The notes below the pieces were generated by a model that had not been told where the DNA came from, did no database searches, and saw only the letters and a program-made list of their open reading frames with translations. From the NCBI GenBank assembly GCA_047967505.1, contig CM106538.1: DNA of 64,000 nucleotides, one strand, 5' to 3'. Made by a program: the position numbers and the translations under genes. The first letter of the stretch is position 1; every line of letters begins with the position of its first letter. Positions 1 through 13,696 of this stretch are shown piece after piece. Source of the stretch: Dipteris shenzhenensis. Lineage: Eukaryota.

Positions 1-897
1 CCACAGTTTCCAAAACCGTCTGTCCCATTGCGTTCCGAATGCCCAAAAACCCCTATTTGTTAGTTCTTGTGTGATTCAGTGGAGTATTTTCAGAGTTATA
101 GATCTCTGTGTATTTGATTTCGTCTCTCTGTTATGCATTTTTCATTCTAAGGTTTTGAAACCTTAGATTTATGCCACATGGCAGTGGATAAGTGTTGACT
201 CCCATTTCTCACTCATCGGTTGGGATTTTGGAGTTCCGGCAGAAGAGAGATATTTGCAAATTTTCTTATTGAGTCTGATTATGCAATGGCACCCATGTTT
301 TGAGGCATCTCTAGTTCTATTTTTAGTAGCGGTCTTTTTCGTGGGACCATGATTTCTTGAGCATATCTTATGGAGATCACTCTAGTTGTAGTTTGAGCCA
401 TGTGCGCTCATTCATGGTGTGCATTGGGTTGTAGTGGATGATTTATAGGCCATTTGGATGCATTGAGATCCTTATTGGATGCGCTAATATGCCCAGATTG
501 CCTTGTGGGATGCTATTTTTATGTATGCTTTGCACATGGATGCTATATTATGCTGAGGGACAGCTTTGACACATTGCAGGTGATGCACTAATAGTGTTAT
601 GCTCTCTTGGATGAGATATTATTGATGCACATGCCCATGGACAGTGTTTATGCTTGAGCCATTTGGCACTTATTGGCATTTTGGATTGCCATTGCAGTTG
701 GCATTTTCTTTTGAGCCAGATTTGCTCATATGGATGCATAGTAGATGCACATGAGTTAGCTGCATCTTTTGATGCTTTGAGCTTTGAGTTTTGGTGATAT
801 TTCAGTCTATTGTGGCATACACATTTGGGTGCACCTGGTATTTGGTATGATTCTCTCTTGCAGGCACTAGTATTTGGGATTTTTCTTTATTTGCATC

Positions 898-1500
898 ATG
901 GCATCCTCTTCCATGTCTGAAAAGGAGTTTTTCAACGTTAAAAAGTTTGATGGGTCAAACTTTTCTTTGTGGAAAGAACAAATAAGGGATGTGCTTATTC
1001 AAAAGAAGCAGATTAAACCCTTGGCAGGGATTGAAGCTAAGCCTACAAATATGTCTAAGGATGATTGGAATGAGTTGGATGCATTAACAAAGTCTACTAT
1101 TAGACTTCATCTTGCAGAGTCAGTTTATTTCACAGTAGTAAATGAGCAGACTACGGAAGATTTGTGGAAGAAACTGTGTGCCAGTTATGAGAAGGAAACT
1201 ACCTCTAATAAAGTTTACCTCATGAAGAGGTTGTTTGAGCTACATATGAAGGAAGGGATCTCCATTGCTTCTCACTTGAATGAATTCAATATTATTTTCA
1301 GCCAGCTTCAGGCTCAGAAGATGAATTTTGATGCGGAGACTAAGGCAATATTTCTCTTATGTTCATTGCCATCCTCATGGGATACCTTCCGACAACTGTC
1401 AGTAACTCTGCACCTGGTGGAGTATTAAAATTTGATGATGTTGTGGGTAGCTTGTTGGCCGAGGAGATTAGATGGAAGTCTATGGATGGCAACAAGCAGG
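898..1500 (+). pseudogene. Ty1/copia gag, N-terminal part (frameshifted, truncated)
   Basis: KFDGSNFSLWKEQIRDVL, LMKRLFELHMKEG, LLCSLPSSW and, after a frameshift near 1390, LKFDDVVGSLLAEEIR. These are typical copia gag (UBN2-like) motifs. Similarity stops abruptly at about 1500. Confidence 0.85.
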
Positions 1501-3230
1501 TCCCGTCTATCTGCAAAAAGACCCAATTGAAAAGTGGCGGTCTTCCCATGGGAGACCCATAGTTCCCTCCCCTACGGGCCTAGCCACTCCTCTATCATAC
1601 TGAACATTTGCTGCCCCATCATCATATCAAATAGCGTGGAGGTCCACTACTCCTCCCCACTAGCTAAGAAATGAAACCCATAGAAGGGACGAGTGCGAGA
1701 GCTATAGACTCCTATGGAACCCCCATTTTGGGGTTGTAAAATTAGGACTGACACCTCCAGAGCAAGCAGGTATCTGTTCAGAATCTCTAGGTAGTTCCAC
1801 GGTCCTAGCCTCCAAAACTCTCTGGGAAGAGGATGACCAGAGCAGGGCTTAGGGTGTGGAAGCTAAGAAAAGGGCCCTGATGACCCTGACTATGAGGAGG
1901 CAGAGCCGGGGCTAGGTCATGTCGAAGAGTTCTCAGGCACCCCCTTGCCCATAGGCCGAGATGAGGAAGGGCGGGCAGGCAGGGTGGGAGGCGGGCGAGG
2001 GGGGAGGAGGCTATTGTAAGGGGACCGAGGGGGCGAGAAGGAGAGGCAGGGTGTAGGAGGTGAGAGTAATAGCAACTAGGGGGAGGGGGTGTGGGGGGGC
2101 AGGATTGGGGGGGGCAGCGAGGGGTGACCTCAGGAGGAGGGGGTGGGGGAGGCAGAGGGACCTCTGGAGCTGACTCTGCTGGGGCTCCAAATTCCCGCTG
2201 AATGGAAACCTGGTACTCTGCTCTGTTGTCGCCTGTGGGTCCAAGGGGAGATCAAAAAATGTCTCCTCCTCCTCCATTTGTGTCTGGTCTGGGGACTCCA
2301 CTGGCACCTTCCTCTTCCCCTTCCCTGTGACTTGGAAGTAGACTGCGTCTTCTTGTGCTCTTTAAGTCTGATTCTCCTTTTGTTTTTTTGAGCTAATTTG
2401 GAGGGCTTCTTTTTCTCCACCTTGGTCCAAGTCCCTTGGGAGGGCTCGACCCAAGGTGTCTGAGTCTACTATTGCCTCGCTTGCTACTGGGGCCTAGCCG
2501 ACGGACAACGATGAGCCTCCCTATGTTGTCTTTGGTGAGGGGCCCTACCCACCAAACATTCCTGTGCTAGGTGACCCATTTGTCTGCACCGAAAACATTG
2601 CCCAAGCAAGCCATGGATCTCCACACACTGTCTAAACTCACCTCCATCTAAGGTCTCGAGGAGGATCTCCTCTAGGAGGGACTCTAGATGCTTTGCAATA
2701 ACCCAGAGGTGAGGGACCTCGTCATCTACCACTACTGAAGCCGCTGTCTATGGCGGAGATGCTAGCATTGTGCCAAAACAATTCCCTATGGAAGGAAGAA
2801 TAGATCTGTACTTCTTTGGAAGCCCTGAGATGCAAAGCATCACTAGGAATCGTGGCACGTGATGAGTCGAATCCATGTCCTCGATTGTAAAGCCATGGTA
2901 CCAAGGAAGGAGGTAGATGACATGAGGGCCTAGTAGGATAGGGATCTACTCGACAAGGGAGGCCATGGTGTTAGGGGAGTTCAACTGGATGAGGAAGACT
3001 CCTCTCCCATAGATCGTGACCTCCTGGATGTGGTAACCTATAGGGCTAAGCTCGAATCCCTGACCTGTTTCCTTGACGGGGTGAGCCCAACAATGCGACC
3101 CACCAAGGCCTTGTCCTGCAAAGCCTCTACTTCACACTTGACCTATTGCTTGTCTTCCGGAGAGAGCATAATCTTAACCATAGTGGGGGTTAAAGGTGCT
3201 ACCATGTGAGTCCTTCTTGCTAGACCAAGG
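1501..3230 (-). mobile_element. Degenerate L1-clade LINE ORF1 fragment
   Basis: Zinc knuckle CFRCRQMGHLAQEC (ORF 2484-2732), upstream VPWLY-type RRM/DUF4283-like region and Pro-rich tract. Same layout as the LINE ORF1 at 55753-57605. Confidence 0.7.
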
Positions 3231-5338
3231 GTCGCTGTCAAGGTTCAGTTCTCCCGAGAAACAAACATTGTTAACATGAGTGGAATTAGCTAGGTCTCTA
3301 TGAAAACCTTAACTGAATCACACATACTTGGGAAAGAGAAGGGTTAAGCACAAATTAGACCCAATTTTAGCTCTAGGTTTTGCATTAAATACTTTGAGAG
3401 ACATTCATTTTGAAATATTAACTGTGCACAATACAAAGATTGAGACCAATTCAACCTCCAATTTTTGCACAATGCACTTTGAGATATTTTCATGCAAAAA
3501 AAAGCATCGAGACCATCAAATCTTAAATTTGTGAGTTATGAGATGGATTGCAATTTTTCATGATAACAACAAGTTTCAATATACAAGAAAAACTCTCATA
3601 TTTCATATGATCATGGCTTCAATTCCAAAAGTTATGACATCAATACAATGGGAATCAACTAAAAAGGACAAATCAAATCAATTCTATGACCAAATGACAC
3701 CAATAATAATAAGTTGAATTCAAAGGTGATGTTCTACAACTGTGGACAAGAAGGTCATATTGGAAGAGATCCTACTCAAAACAAAAGGAAAACCAATAAT
3801 GATTCACACACACAGCAGTATACACATGTTTGCAGGTACAATTATAGCTAATTTTGCAAAAGCAATGGCATTAAAGATAATCTCAATAATGACAAGGAAT
3901 GTTAATTAAAATCATTAAAAATAATTTGATGAAGTAGCTTAGAGATAAAGGCATTTTCGATAATGCCTAACATGGGTTAGATGCCTTTACTCAAATAAGG
4001 CTATAAGAAAATGGCTCAATAATCCTTTAGAGTGCATATGAGCTCTTAGAAGTAGGCAATAGTGTGAAAAGAGTATGTTTCGCATTGTAGTTGGGTAGAG
4101 TCAAACAAGGTTACGCAGGTGTGGGTACATGGATGAACCTCTAGGTATTCTAGTTATCATTATATGCCTATGGTCCGTACCCACTTGTGGATCAAACAAA
4201 TTTGTTGATTTGGAGATTATAGTGTGATTGATAATATATATGCCACTAAATTGTTAGATATGAGTAGTGTGGTGTGGATCTACCTTTTAAGCACTTTTCC
4301 CCTCTAATCAAGGGGGTTTTCACCCTAAGTTTAGTATCATGTTCCAATAGTTACTAAAATTGGTATGGAGACCATTAAGAAGTCCATCTAGCATTTTACG
4401 GTCACTTTCATTCAATGCTTGCTCTAAGAATTTAATAGCATGAACTTAAATGGGTTCAATAGTGGGCAACAATAATGGACAAATTAGCTTAATGAAGAGA
4501 TGATAAGATTGGTCCCATGCAGGGATATGTGGAAGAAAGAAGAACACGATGTAGACAATTTGTATGAGAAACAAAGTAAAAATCTCAAATACAGAGAGCC
4601 TCATGGAGCCCAAAGTTAGTCAAACCACACAACAATGAGCTTATGTGTGTAATCATAAAAGCGAGATCTAATGTATGCCTTTGCTTGTGAATGAATGGCT
4701 TCTAAGTCATTTTAAAATAGGTATTTGAACAATAGCATACTTTTGGAGACTATATTACATTATCTAAAAATCAGCCTAGGATGAATATTGTACTTTGTGT
4801 GTTTCTCTAGAAGGGATAGGAAATTTTTAAGGACATATACCTACACTCACAAAACCTTCTTGATATTCACTTTCTTGCAATATATACATTTTCACAAAAC
4901 CTTCTTGATATTTACATTTTCACATGTCATCTTTGACATGAATTATGCTATGAACGAAAATTCATGCAACCATGAAAATCTCAATTAACTCATTGCAAGT
5001 GAGATTCAAATGTATCAACTAATAAAATTATGAGTTACAATAGAGCTAGGTGCATATATTCTCTATCATGAATTACAAAAATATAGCTAGGTTGCTTACG
5101 TTTATTACTCAAAATCTTGATCTTGATCTTATATAAAGGGCCTTGTGAAAATTTAGATCAAAATTTGCCCTTTTTTTCTTCATTTGACCTTATTAGTATT
5201 TAACACTTTGAACCATGACATATTATCTATTTCTTTGAAAGACACATGAATAAAAATGTGCATAACATGAAACATTAAGAATATTGAAAGGATTGAAGCT
5301 CAGCTTGATAGTTTCATTTTGATGCCAATTTGAGAATC

Positions 5339-5615
5339 CTAGGAATATGCATCATCTGAAGTGGTAAGCAACTCTGTAGATAAACTAGACATGAAGAGAA
5401 TGTCATTGTCACTATCATGTGTGACTGCATTGATCTCCTCGATCTTCACTTTTCCTTCGTCCTCCCTTGGACTCTCTTCCTTTTGATTTGCACCCCAATT
5501 TGCATTCTTTTTCTTATTCTTTTGCTCTCTTTTCAGCTTGTAGCAATCCTTTTTCATATGGCCCTTCTTGCCATAGTGGTAACACTCAATGTTTCGTGCC
5601 CTAGATTGTTGCAGG
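5339..5615 (-). pseudogene. Ty1/copia gag C-terminal fragment with zinc knuckle
   Basis: Minus strand reads NIECYHYGKKGHMKKDCYKLKREQK (degenerate CCHC knuckle), then KIEEINAV. Confidence 0.75.
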
Positions 5616-7581
5616 CCTGGTCTTCAATTTAAACACCAGAGAGCCACTGCAAGAGCATGCATGGCTAGGTGTGTCTTTGATCTTGATAAAGTATTTAGGT
5701 GTGTCTTTGATCTTGATAAAGTATTTTTCTTGTGCTTTGTTTATTGTTACCTCTCTTGTTGTGTGCTTTCTTTTTTGTCCACACATGTTGGACTATGCAA
5801 TGGCTTCATCAATTGTGGTTGTAGGCAAGCTTATGCACCTTTTTTGTGGTCCACCACTACTAAATATGTGGTGCCATAGTCTATGTATTTTGTTGCAGAC
5901 GCTCTTTTCACTGAATTTTGATTTGGACTGGTCTTGCAAGAAAGTGGTTGCGATTGACCTGCAGGTCACTAGGGTGGGCTCTAATCACATGGGCCAAGCC
6001 TTCCTCATCCTTTGTCTCCCATTGGTTGTATGAATGCCTTTTTTTTTGGGCAAGCAAAGACATGATTGTCATTGGCATTGTTGATTCATTCAGTAGGAGA
6101 TTGTGTGTTGTAGGCCCCCCCGTACCACTAACGTTTATTTCCTCAAAGGACAACACACTATTAAATATCAAGACCTTGAAGCAATGTCCAAATTTGCAGT
6201 GAAAACTAACAAACACTCATGCACCAAAGACCGGCAGTGCGGGATACCAAGGAGTTATTCTATTCTAGGTGTGTCTAGAGAAGACCCAATATTGTTGTGG
6301 TGTACATGTTCTCGAGCCATTTCAAGTAACACTTCGTAGACTGATGAACTCAGTGTCATATACTAAATTGTATGGGGAAATGTCAGGCATTGTTTCCATT
6401 TTGTCTCACATTTTCGCATGCCTCTTTTCTTGAGGTGATGTAAAAGTAGACAGCTTGCTTTTTCTCTTGGAACTCATTGTTGCAAGAACTGGGAGAGTGA
6501 AATGAACTTGGAGGTGCATGAATGTTTGCGAAATCAAGGAAAAAAACTTGCACGAATGCTAGCATGTGTGGTTGCAAATAAAACTATGGCCAAGTGGTGA
6601 AACTATTGAATTTGGGAATAGTTTTTTGCAAAAAGCTCATACAAGTTGAAAGTGTTTATCAATTCCTATGCTACAAAGACTCAAAGTATTGGAAATGGTG
6701 GAAAACATCAAAACAAGCATGTATATGCAAATTGAAAGTAGGCTTTGTACATGCTGCATTGTGGGAGGTTTTGTACAAGCAAAAGCAGCTTTAAAGTTTG
6801 CACATAGAGGGGCTAGGCTATGCAATGCCTTTCATGTGGTTGCAAAGAAGGATGTAATAAATTTGGCGCTGTTAATAGCTAACTCTCCAGATGGTTTTTT
6901 GTCGAACAACATGTTGCAAGTTGCAACGATGCTTCGACAATGGAATTCCACAAAAGGTTGATGCAATTTCAAAACATCATCAACATGGTTTCCACGAATT
7001 TGGATGGCTACCTAGGAACCATCGTGATCTAACACATAGCCTTTCAAAGATAGGATGCATAATATGCTTTGCGCAATATCATAGGTGTAGCAGAATGGTC
7101 ACAGAGGGTCCCTACTGATGCGTGAACTGCCACACCCACCGCACTAGAATTCCACAAGTGGGTTGCTAAGGCGAACAAAGTGTATTACACCCATCATTTG
7201 GACAAAGATGGGATAATTGGTAGGGATGCTCTTCTCTACGTAGAAAAGGAAGCTCAACTGAGTGAAATTATACCTTTTCCCTAGTGTAGTTGTTGAGAAA
7301 CCTGGTTGATGAAAGTATCATGAAGTGAGGCTCGAAGTGTGCCCTCTGGAACCGCAACAAGGATGGTGAAATCGAAGACCCCAGGGGTGTGCCAGGCACG
7401 CATGTAAGAGATGTTCTTGGCAACATACATGACGATGCCTTCATCTATGAACTCTTGCACCAACTTTGCATGGGTGTGCGTCCTCTCTGCAACAAATGTA
7501 AGCTACAAAAGAAAAACATTGAAATCAGGTCAGGTAATGCATTTGAGAAGATATGCTACTCGACTTTTTTCTAGGTACTCA

Positions 7582-8130
7582 TCACTGTAGCGCGGTCCTC
7601 AACGTTTGGCCCATCCGCAACAATGGTCGGATGGTGGCCCGTCCAGGTCTATTTTGGTAATGACGAAAGCTATGGTTCCCATCAATGTCACAAAAGAAGA
7701 TTTTGTTGTCTCCACTTGGTTTGCTGTCCAGGGTGCATATATTTGATTGGCTTCTCGAGAACAAAAAAATTTGTACCATCAAATGGCTCACCCTTAATTA
7801 TTGGTCATTGCATCAACACGTAATGAAACAAATGAAGTTCCACCTTCTCCTGTGGTTCTTTTGGTAATGATCGGACCCTCAATCCTAAAAAAATTATCAA
7901 CTTGCAATACATCCTTCAGCTGGAGCACATAGGCATGCGGGACATTGAAAGTGATGGTCTCGCAACATTCAGCATCTGTTAAATCAACACGCATGAAGAT
8001 AGGGTATGAAACATCACGGGCTTTGAATGTGCCATACTTTGCCAAAACCTTCCCTCGAAGGCGAAACGGTATGGCATAAACTCATACAGTGATTCTATGG
8101 CCAGGATTGGAAGGTCATTAGGTTGGGCTA
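7582..8130 (-). pseudogene. RPA70-like OB-fold remnant, possibly a Helitron accessory gene
   Basis: Across a frameshift: PILAIESLYEFMPYRFAFEG..AKYGTFKARDVSYPIFMRVDLTDAECCETITFNV...LQVDNFFRIEG. The pattern resembles RPA1 DBD-A. Recognised by eye only. Confidence 0.4.
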
Positions 8131-9656
8131 CTATTGTCTTTGTTAGGACTATTGCTTTTCCTTTGTGTGGGTCATCGGTAGGGTTGCTTGTTGGGTCAGT
8201 GTGTTTGTAGCCTGCAACAAGATTGCTTTCAAATAGCTTAGGCGATAAGCTACAGCTTGTATAATTTCCAATAGTGAGAAGTTGTTTCTTCAAAATGACC
8301 CAGGCAAAAATTACTACTACAACAAAATTCAGCATAGCAATTTCTTGGAGACATGATTGAAAGCTTATAAAAAACAAGCACAACGTATTTATTTATGCAA
8401 AGTAATTATATTGAACATTGTTTTGTCCCAATTGTTACAACTATGAAATGACCAAAGCAAAAAGCTTGCTATCAAACATTGTTGCAAGCTTAACGTATGA
8501 CTTTTGAAGTAATAATGGATTTTACTATTTGGCATTGCCCTATCAATTACTCATTGGTGATTTCAGACTCATTGTCTTCCTCTATTAGTGGTGGCCCAAG
8601 CTCCATCTCTATCCTGCAACGCATCCTTGAAAGGCATCCTATCTTTCGGAGCTCTTTTCGGACTGGCAGTAAAGACTATATTTGCTTAGAAGACATAATT
8701 AAACATGTTTGAAGAAAACTTTTTAGCAAAGCAAAAAAACACCTTTGGCATATTCTTACTCGGCCGCTATGTGAAAAGCTGTCTTCAGAGTTCTCTTTGT
8801 GGCCTTCTTGATGCTTAAATGAGGTAGCAAGCTTCCATCTTTATTTGTTGCTTTGGTGGATGTTAGCACGAGTAGTATATCAATCATGGGCATAGGGGCA
8901 GGTGAAATTGTTTTGATCAAACAACCTCCACAGATGGAAACAAAACCCTAGTTTACAAGAGCTCGCATAGTATCACTCACTGCTGCTGTATATTAAAAAG
9001 CTAGCATGGGCATACTTTGTCACACAGTAATAAATTTAACAGTCAAATTTAAACTACTGTAGTAAAAAAGGAACCTAAGATATAGGAATGGTGGAGGATT
9101 CCAAAAGAAATGTCCAATTTCAAGATGAATGTAGAAAACATCCTTTATTCCAAGAATATGATTTATCGATCATAAGCTATCATTCTAACTGAATTGAAAT
9201 TTGCAACGCAAACTATAATGCACAATTTAAAAGAACTCCCATTCGAATAAACCCTCATGGCATTAATCAAACAGCATGCAAGAAACAACTCGTTCCTAGA
9301 AACCTCTCCTTCAATCTCAAAGTTTGGTGACATCAGAGTATTATTGGATAGATCAAAAAGCTTCTCAAAATATCTATGAAATTGCAAACATGCAAGCCGA
9401 ATAAAAAACTTCTATGCATTTAAGAAGCGGCTTCTCAAACCATCTGTTGAATTGGAACAAGTGAAAAAAGATGAATGACACATGTCATTCAATAGGCCTA
9501 CCCAAAATAAATGGGGAGGCAAAGGGGGGGGGCTAGGGACGAGTGGTGGAGTGAGGGAAGCTAAGAGAGAGAGAAAGACAGAGACTAGTGGTGGATTGAG
9601 AGAAGCTAAGAGTGACAATGGGGAGGCGAAGGGTGGGTGGGCTAGGGACGAGTGGT

Positions 9657-9661
<5 letters not shown>

Positions 9662-9719
<58 letters not shown>
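9662..9719. repeat. (GA)n microsatellite
   Basis: About 29 perfect GA units. Confidence 0.98.
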
Positions 9720-9723
<4 letters not shown>

Positions 9724-9994
9724 CAAAATCGTTAGTTGTGCATAATTGCCCCATTTATTGGGCTAACAGCTTTAACAAAGGCCAATGAGGAAAATCTAGA
9801 ATTTATGAAATTTAAAAATTCCCCTATTTATTTATTTTCTTGGGTAGAAAGTTTGTGTTACATTAGAATTTCATCATCATCAGTATAAATATTTATATGT
9901 TTTTTGGTAAAGAACAACCAGCCCCCAAGGGGAGAGTTTCATCATGAAAACATTTTTGAGAAAAATTCCTAGAGTAGAAACAGTAGCAGTAGAA

Positions 9995-10740
9995 TCAAAA
10001 GAGAGGGACATAGGAGTCATCTGTGTCATCTATATTGTCATCATTGAAATAGTCAGAGTAATTGAAGCTCTTTGAGTCCCCAAAGCTATCAATGCCATCA
10101 GCCTGAGCCTCACAGGGTGAATCTGGTTCCTTTTTAACTGTTGTGGAGGGTACCTGTTTAAGAAAATCAGTGATCTTAGCAGGGACTTCAAAAGGTGTGG
10201 AATTATCAATCCCAAAACATCTTTGAGTATGTTCTTGGAGGTTAGCATTGAAAAGGGCAGCCTCTTCTTTGAAATTGTAAATCATTTCTATGATTTTCTT
10301 CTGGTCCTGTTCAGCTAGTTAACAAATAGTAGGTCAGCTTGCAAAACAACTTGATTAAACTGAAGATTATTCCTGGTACCCATATGAACCAAAGTGCATG
10401 TGCTCTCAAGGGTGACCAAGTGTCCTGCTTTGTCCTTGTAGAGTCTCCTAGTAAGATGGCCTTCCAATTTACTAGCTCACTTGTTGTCTCTAGTTGAACT
10501 ATTTTCCAAACCTTTCTGGCCACAGGACAAGCCACAAAGAGATGGAAAATATCTTCATTGGTAGAGGGGCAGTTCTGGCATTTGCCATTACCCTTCCCAA
10601 TCCTAAACTCCCCTATTTTAGCTTTGCCAAAGTAGAACCATTTCTAAGGCTACCCTGTAAGAGCAGGGCAAAAATCAAACAACTCTATCCAAGAATCCCT
10701 TGAATCCGTTTATTGAAACCACAATGAAACTGCATCGCAA
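9995..10740 (-). mobile_element. LINE ORF2 3' remnant (zf-RVT region)
   Basis: HFLCPVARKVW-like stretch (MACPVARKVWKIV) and LWFIW motif, typical of the plant L1 ORF2 C-terminus. Confidence 0.55.
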
Positions 10741-11609
10741 TGAATCTAGCACACAGACTACAAGGGAGAAGAAGCTGGGTGGAAAGAAATGTATGAACTT
10801 TCCAAGTGGAGGTGGAACAATACGTCATAAGGAGAGGAGGATATAATGACTGAACCAATGGATGACTGAGAGCACCTTTGTTTATGATTTGTGCAAGTAC
10901 ATCTGAGCCATGGATGATCTTTTTCTTCCCTTCTGCTTTAGCTTATTTAGTTTCATCAATGGTAGACTCTTCCTCGACTTCTGCAATGGAATATATAAAC
11001 AACGCAGACCAAAAAGAGATTGTGCCACACATTTATAAGCATATATTTCATAAGTTATTGTGATAGTAGGATGTAGCCTCTTCAGCACACCCTGGACATG
11101 GTTTGGTAATGCCCATCATGTCCACCAACCAATACAAAGACGAAATCAAAAATGGAAGATTAAACGAGAGTTCCAATAAAGAAAACAAAAAATGAAACCA
11201 GCATTAGAATTTCAAAGCTCTTGAGTACCTCGCTAGAATTGGCTACTACTAGTATCCATGGAATCACTTGATGTTTCTTGTTCCTCATCTGCACTCACCA
11301 TGGTACAGAACAGTCGTTTCTTGAGAGGTGTGAACATAAAAAGATAATGGAAGTTCTCACGTCTACTCACATTTTTTATAGCAAAAAACAAAGATAGAAT
11401 ATCCCAAGCAACAAGCTGCCCATGAATGAAATAGAATGTCGAGAAAGAAATACCCATTCTACTTGGAAGCGATCCACATACCAAAACATCAAGAAAACAC
11501 CTTGTAGGATAATACCAACTCTAGAAATCCGGGTTTGGGTACTCCCTCGGAGTTGGATGAGGGAAAAGCGGTCCCTATGGATGAGCGAGAAGCGTGCCAC
11601 ACTAGGAAC

Positions 11610-12612
11610 TTAACGCCTCCTGTGGTAGGTGCATGTAGCTTGGGGGTGGACCTTCTCTGAGAAAGGCATCCCATGAAAAGAGCTATAGTGACTTCTCAAT
11701 GAGACCCTTAAGCTTGTACTGAAGCATCTCATAGCTTCTTCTATAATCCTCTAGAGCCCATGCAAGCATCTGCTTATCTTTGCAGTCAAGTTGTTGGTCA
11801 TCCGCATGCTAGAATGTTTCCCAACCCTCTTATCAAAGCGGGATACTTGTAGTCCATGGCAATAAGAACAAGCATGGCCACTCAAACATTCGGGATTGAC
11901 TACAATGCTAGTGGAATAGGAACCTTTCAAATGAGCATTGAACATCAAGGTTTGTGAGCAAACTCTGATCCTCACCATGGAATTTTGAAGTAGCCTCATC
12001 TATCCCCTTTGCTATTTTCTCAGCCATACTCATCAGACCTGCAAAGATAACAAGAATACGAATTAAGAAAAATGAAGTACGAAATAGCAATCAGCCTCTC
12101 AAAATTCACAGAATAGATGTGTCTAAAAATTGACATCACCATGCTCAAAGCTATCTGTACTCGTCTCCATAGACTCCCTTAACGCACAACCGTCACTACC
12201 ACCCTCAGCCATTTTTGGTCAATCGAAAAATTCAACTACACAATGCATTTGCTGCAACAAACAACAAGCTCCCCCTCCTCTTTTATATGCATATTGAAGG
12301 TGAATATTTAGAAAGGCATCCATAACCAAACCATGGTGCATGCCTCTACTCAAACTCTCTTCCATATCCACCACAAAAATGCTAAAATACAGTGAGCCAC
12401 ACCAACATGACTCAGTTACCCACCAAAACATGCTCAAAATAGCGCAACAACATTGATGTCATTGGAGATTTGATAAGAATCACCCAACTACCATTTTCGA
12501 GGGAATCTTGTACTAGAAGAGCATCCACCTGAGAATAGGCATCCACGTCATCAAGAATGATGAGGAGTTTTCTTCCACGGAGATGCTGTGTTGTTATCTC
12601 TTTGCCATGTTG
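11610..12612 (-). pseudogene. NB-ARC (NLR) pseudogene fragment split by an insert of about 0.7 kb
   Basis: 12612-12472 reads HGKEITTQHLRGRKLLIILDDVDAYSQVDALLVQDSLENGSWVILI (kinase-2 plus RNBS-B). About 11783-11610 reads KDKQML...YKLKGLIEKSL*LFSWDAFLREGPPPSY (RNBS-C) with stops. Confidence 0.75.
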
Positions 12613-13696
12613 ATATCAATGGCCCGCATCAATGCGAGTAACCTCCCATGCAATGAAAAAGGAGAGGGCAAACAAGGATAAACATTAAACAAGGTAACCT
12701 CCCATGCAAGAAATCCATGCAATGAAAATGGAGAGAGCAGACGAGGAGAAATCGAATAGGGATTTGATGCATGGAGAAGCATGCGAGACAACAAGCGAGT
12801 AGAGGGAATGATCTAGCCAATGTAGGAACAACACGTGGGGATGCATGTAGGGCACCAGGCCGTGACAAATGCATGATAATTTTTGTGAACAAATTAAACA
12901 AACAAAAATGAATTTCTCATCTAATAGTAGCCTTCACTATGACTTGCGCACACGGCAAGCCAAAAAATACAATTAAAAAAGCATTATATGTGGGTATTCA
13001 CAACGAAGAATCCAATTCTCCACTATAGCACTACCTCCTAGGAGACAATGCTAATAAAGGGGGGCATTAAAGAGGGAAGGGGCAGTGTGATACCTCACCA
13101 ACATGGAGGGATTTGTTAACGATTTACCATCAAGCCACTATGGGTTCTAGCTAGTGAGCTCCATCGTGCTTTCTCATCTATGATATTTCTCTCTCTACAT
13201 ACTAGCTTTCTCGATCTCCCTCTAGAATGCTCTCCTAGCCCAATGCATGCCATGTGGACCTCCTAGAATGCCAAGTGTCCGAGCCACCATGGGTTCTAGC
13301 TAGTGAGCTCCATAGTACTACCATGGATTATGTACATCACACCTTATGGGTCCTCTTATGTGGAAGGGTGGCACATGGTCATGCCCTACCACCTCAACCC
13401 TGGGCCTTATGCACACCATATTTTATTATAATATTGCCACACATACAAGCACACACACATATTTATCCCTTTTACTTTGGTCAAATTTATCCATAACAAT
13501 ACATACATACATATGTATGTATATTTGGAGGTAATTCATAAATCTCTAATTTAGATTTTTTCAAATTTTAAAATGGATAGTGAAACCTTATGCCTCTAAA
13601 GTGAGGAATTTAAGAAAGGCCTCTCTAACAACCTTGCATCACTAACAATGTGCCCAATCCTTTTCATCATGACAAACATGAGTGCAATTTTTTTAA

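Noticed and set aside
3720-4400. Degenerate zinc knuckle (FYNCGQEGHIGRD) and possible retroelement pol traces
   Set aside because: Too decayed to assign a family or boundaries.
9412-9754. ORFs with SLSLSL or ERERER tracts
   Set aside because: Translations of the (GA)n microsatellite.
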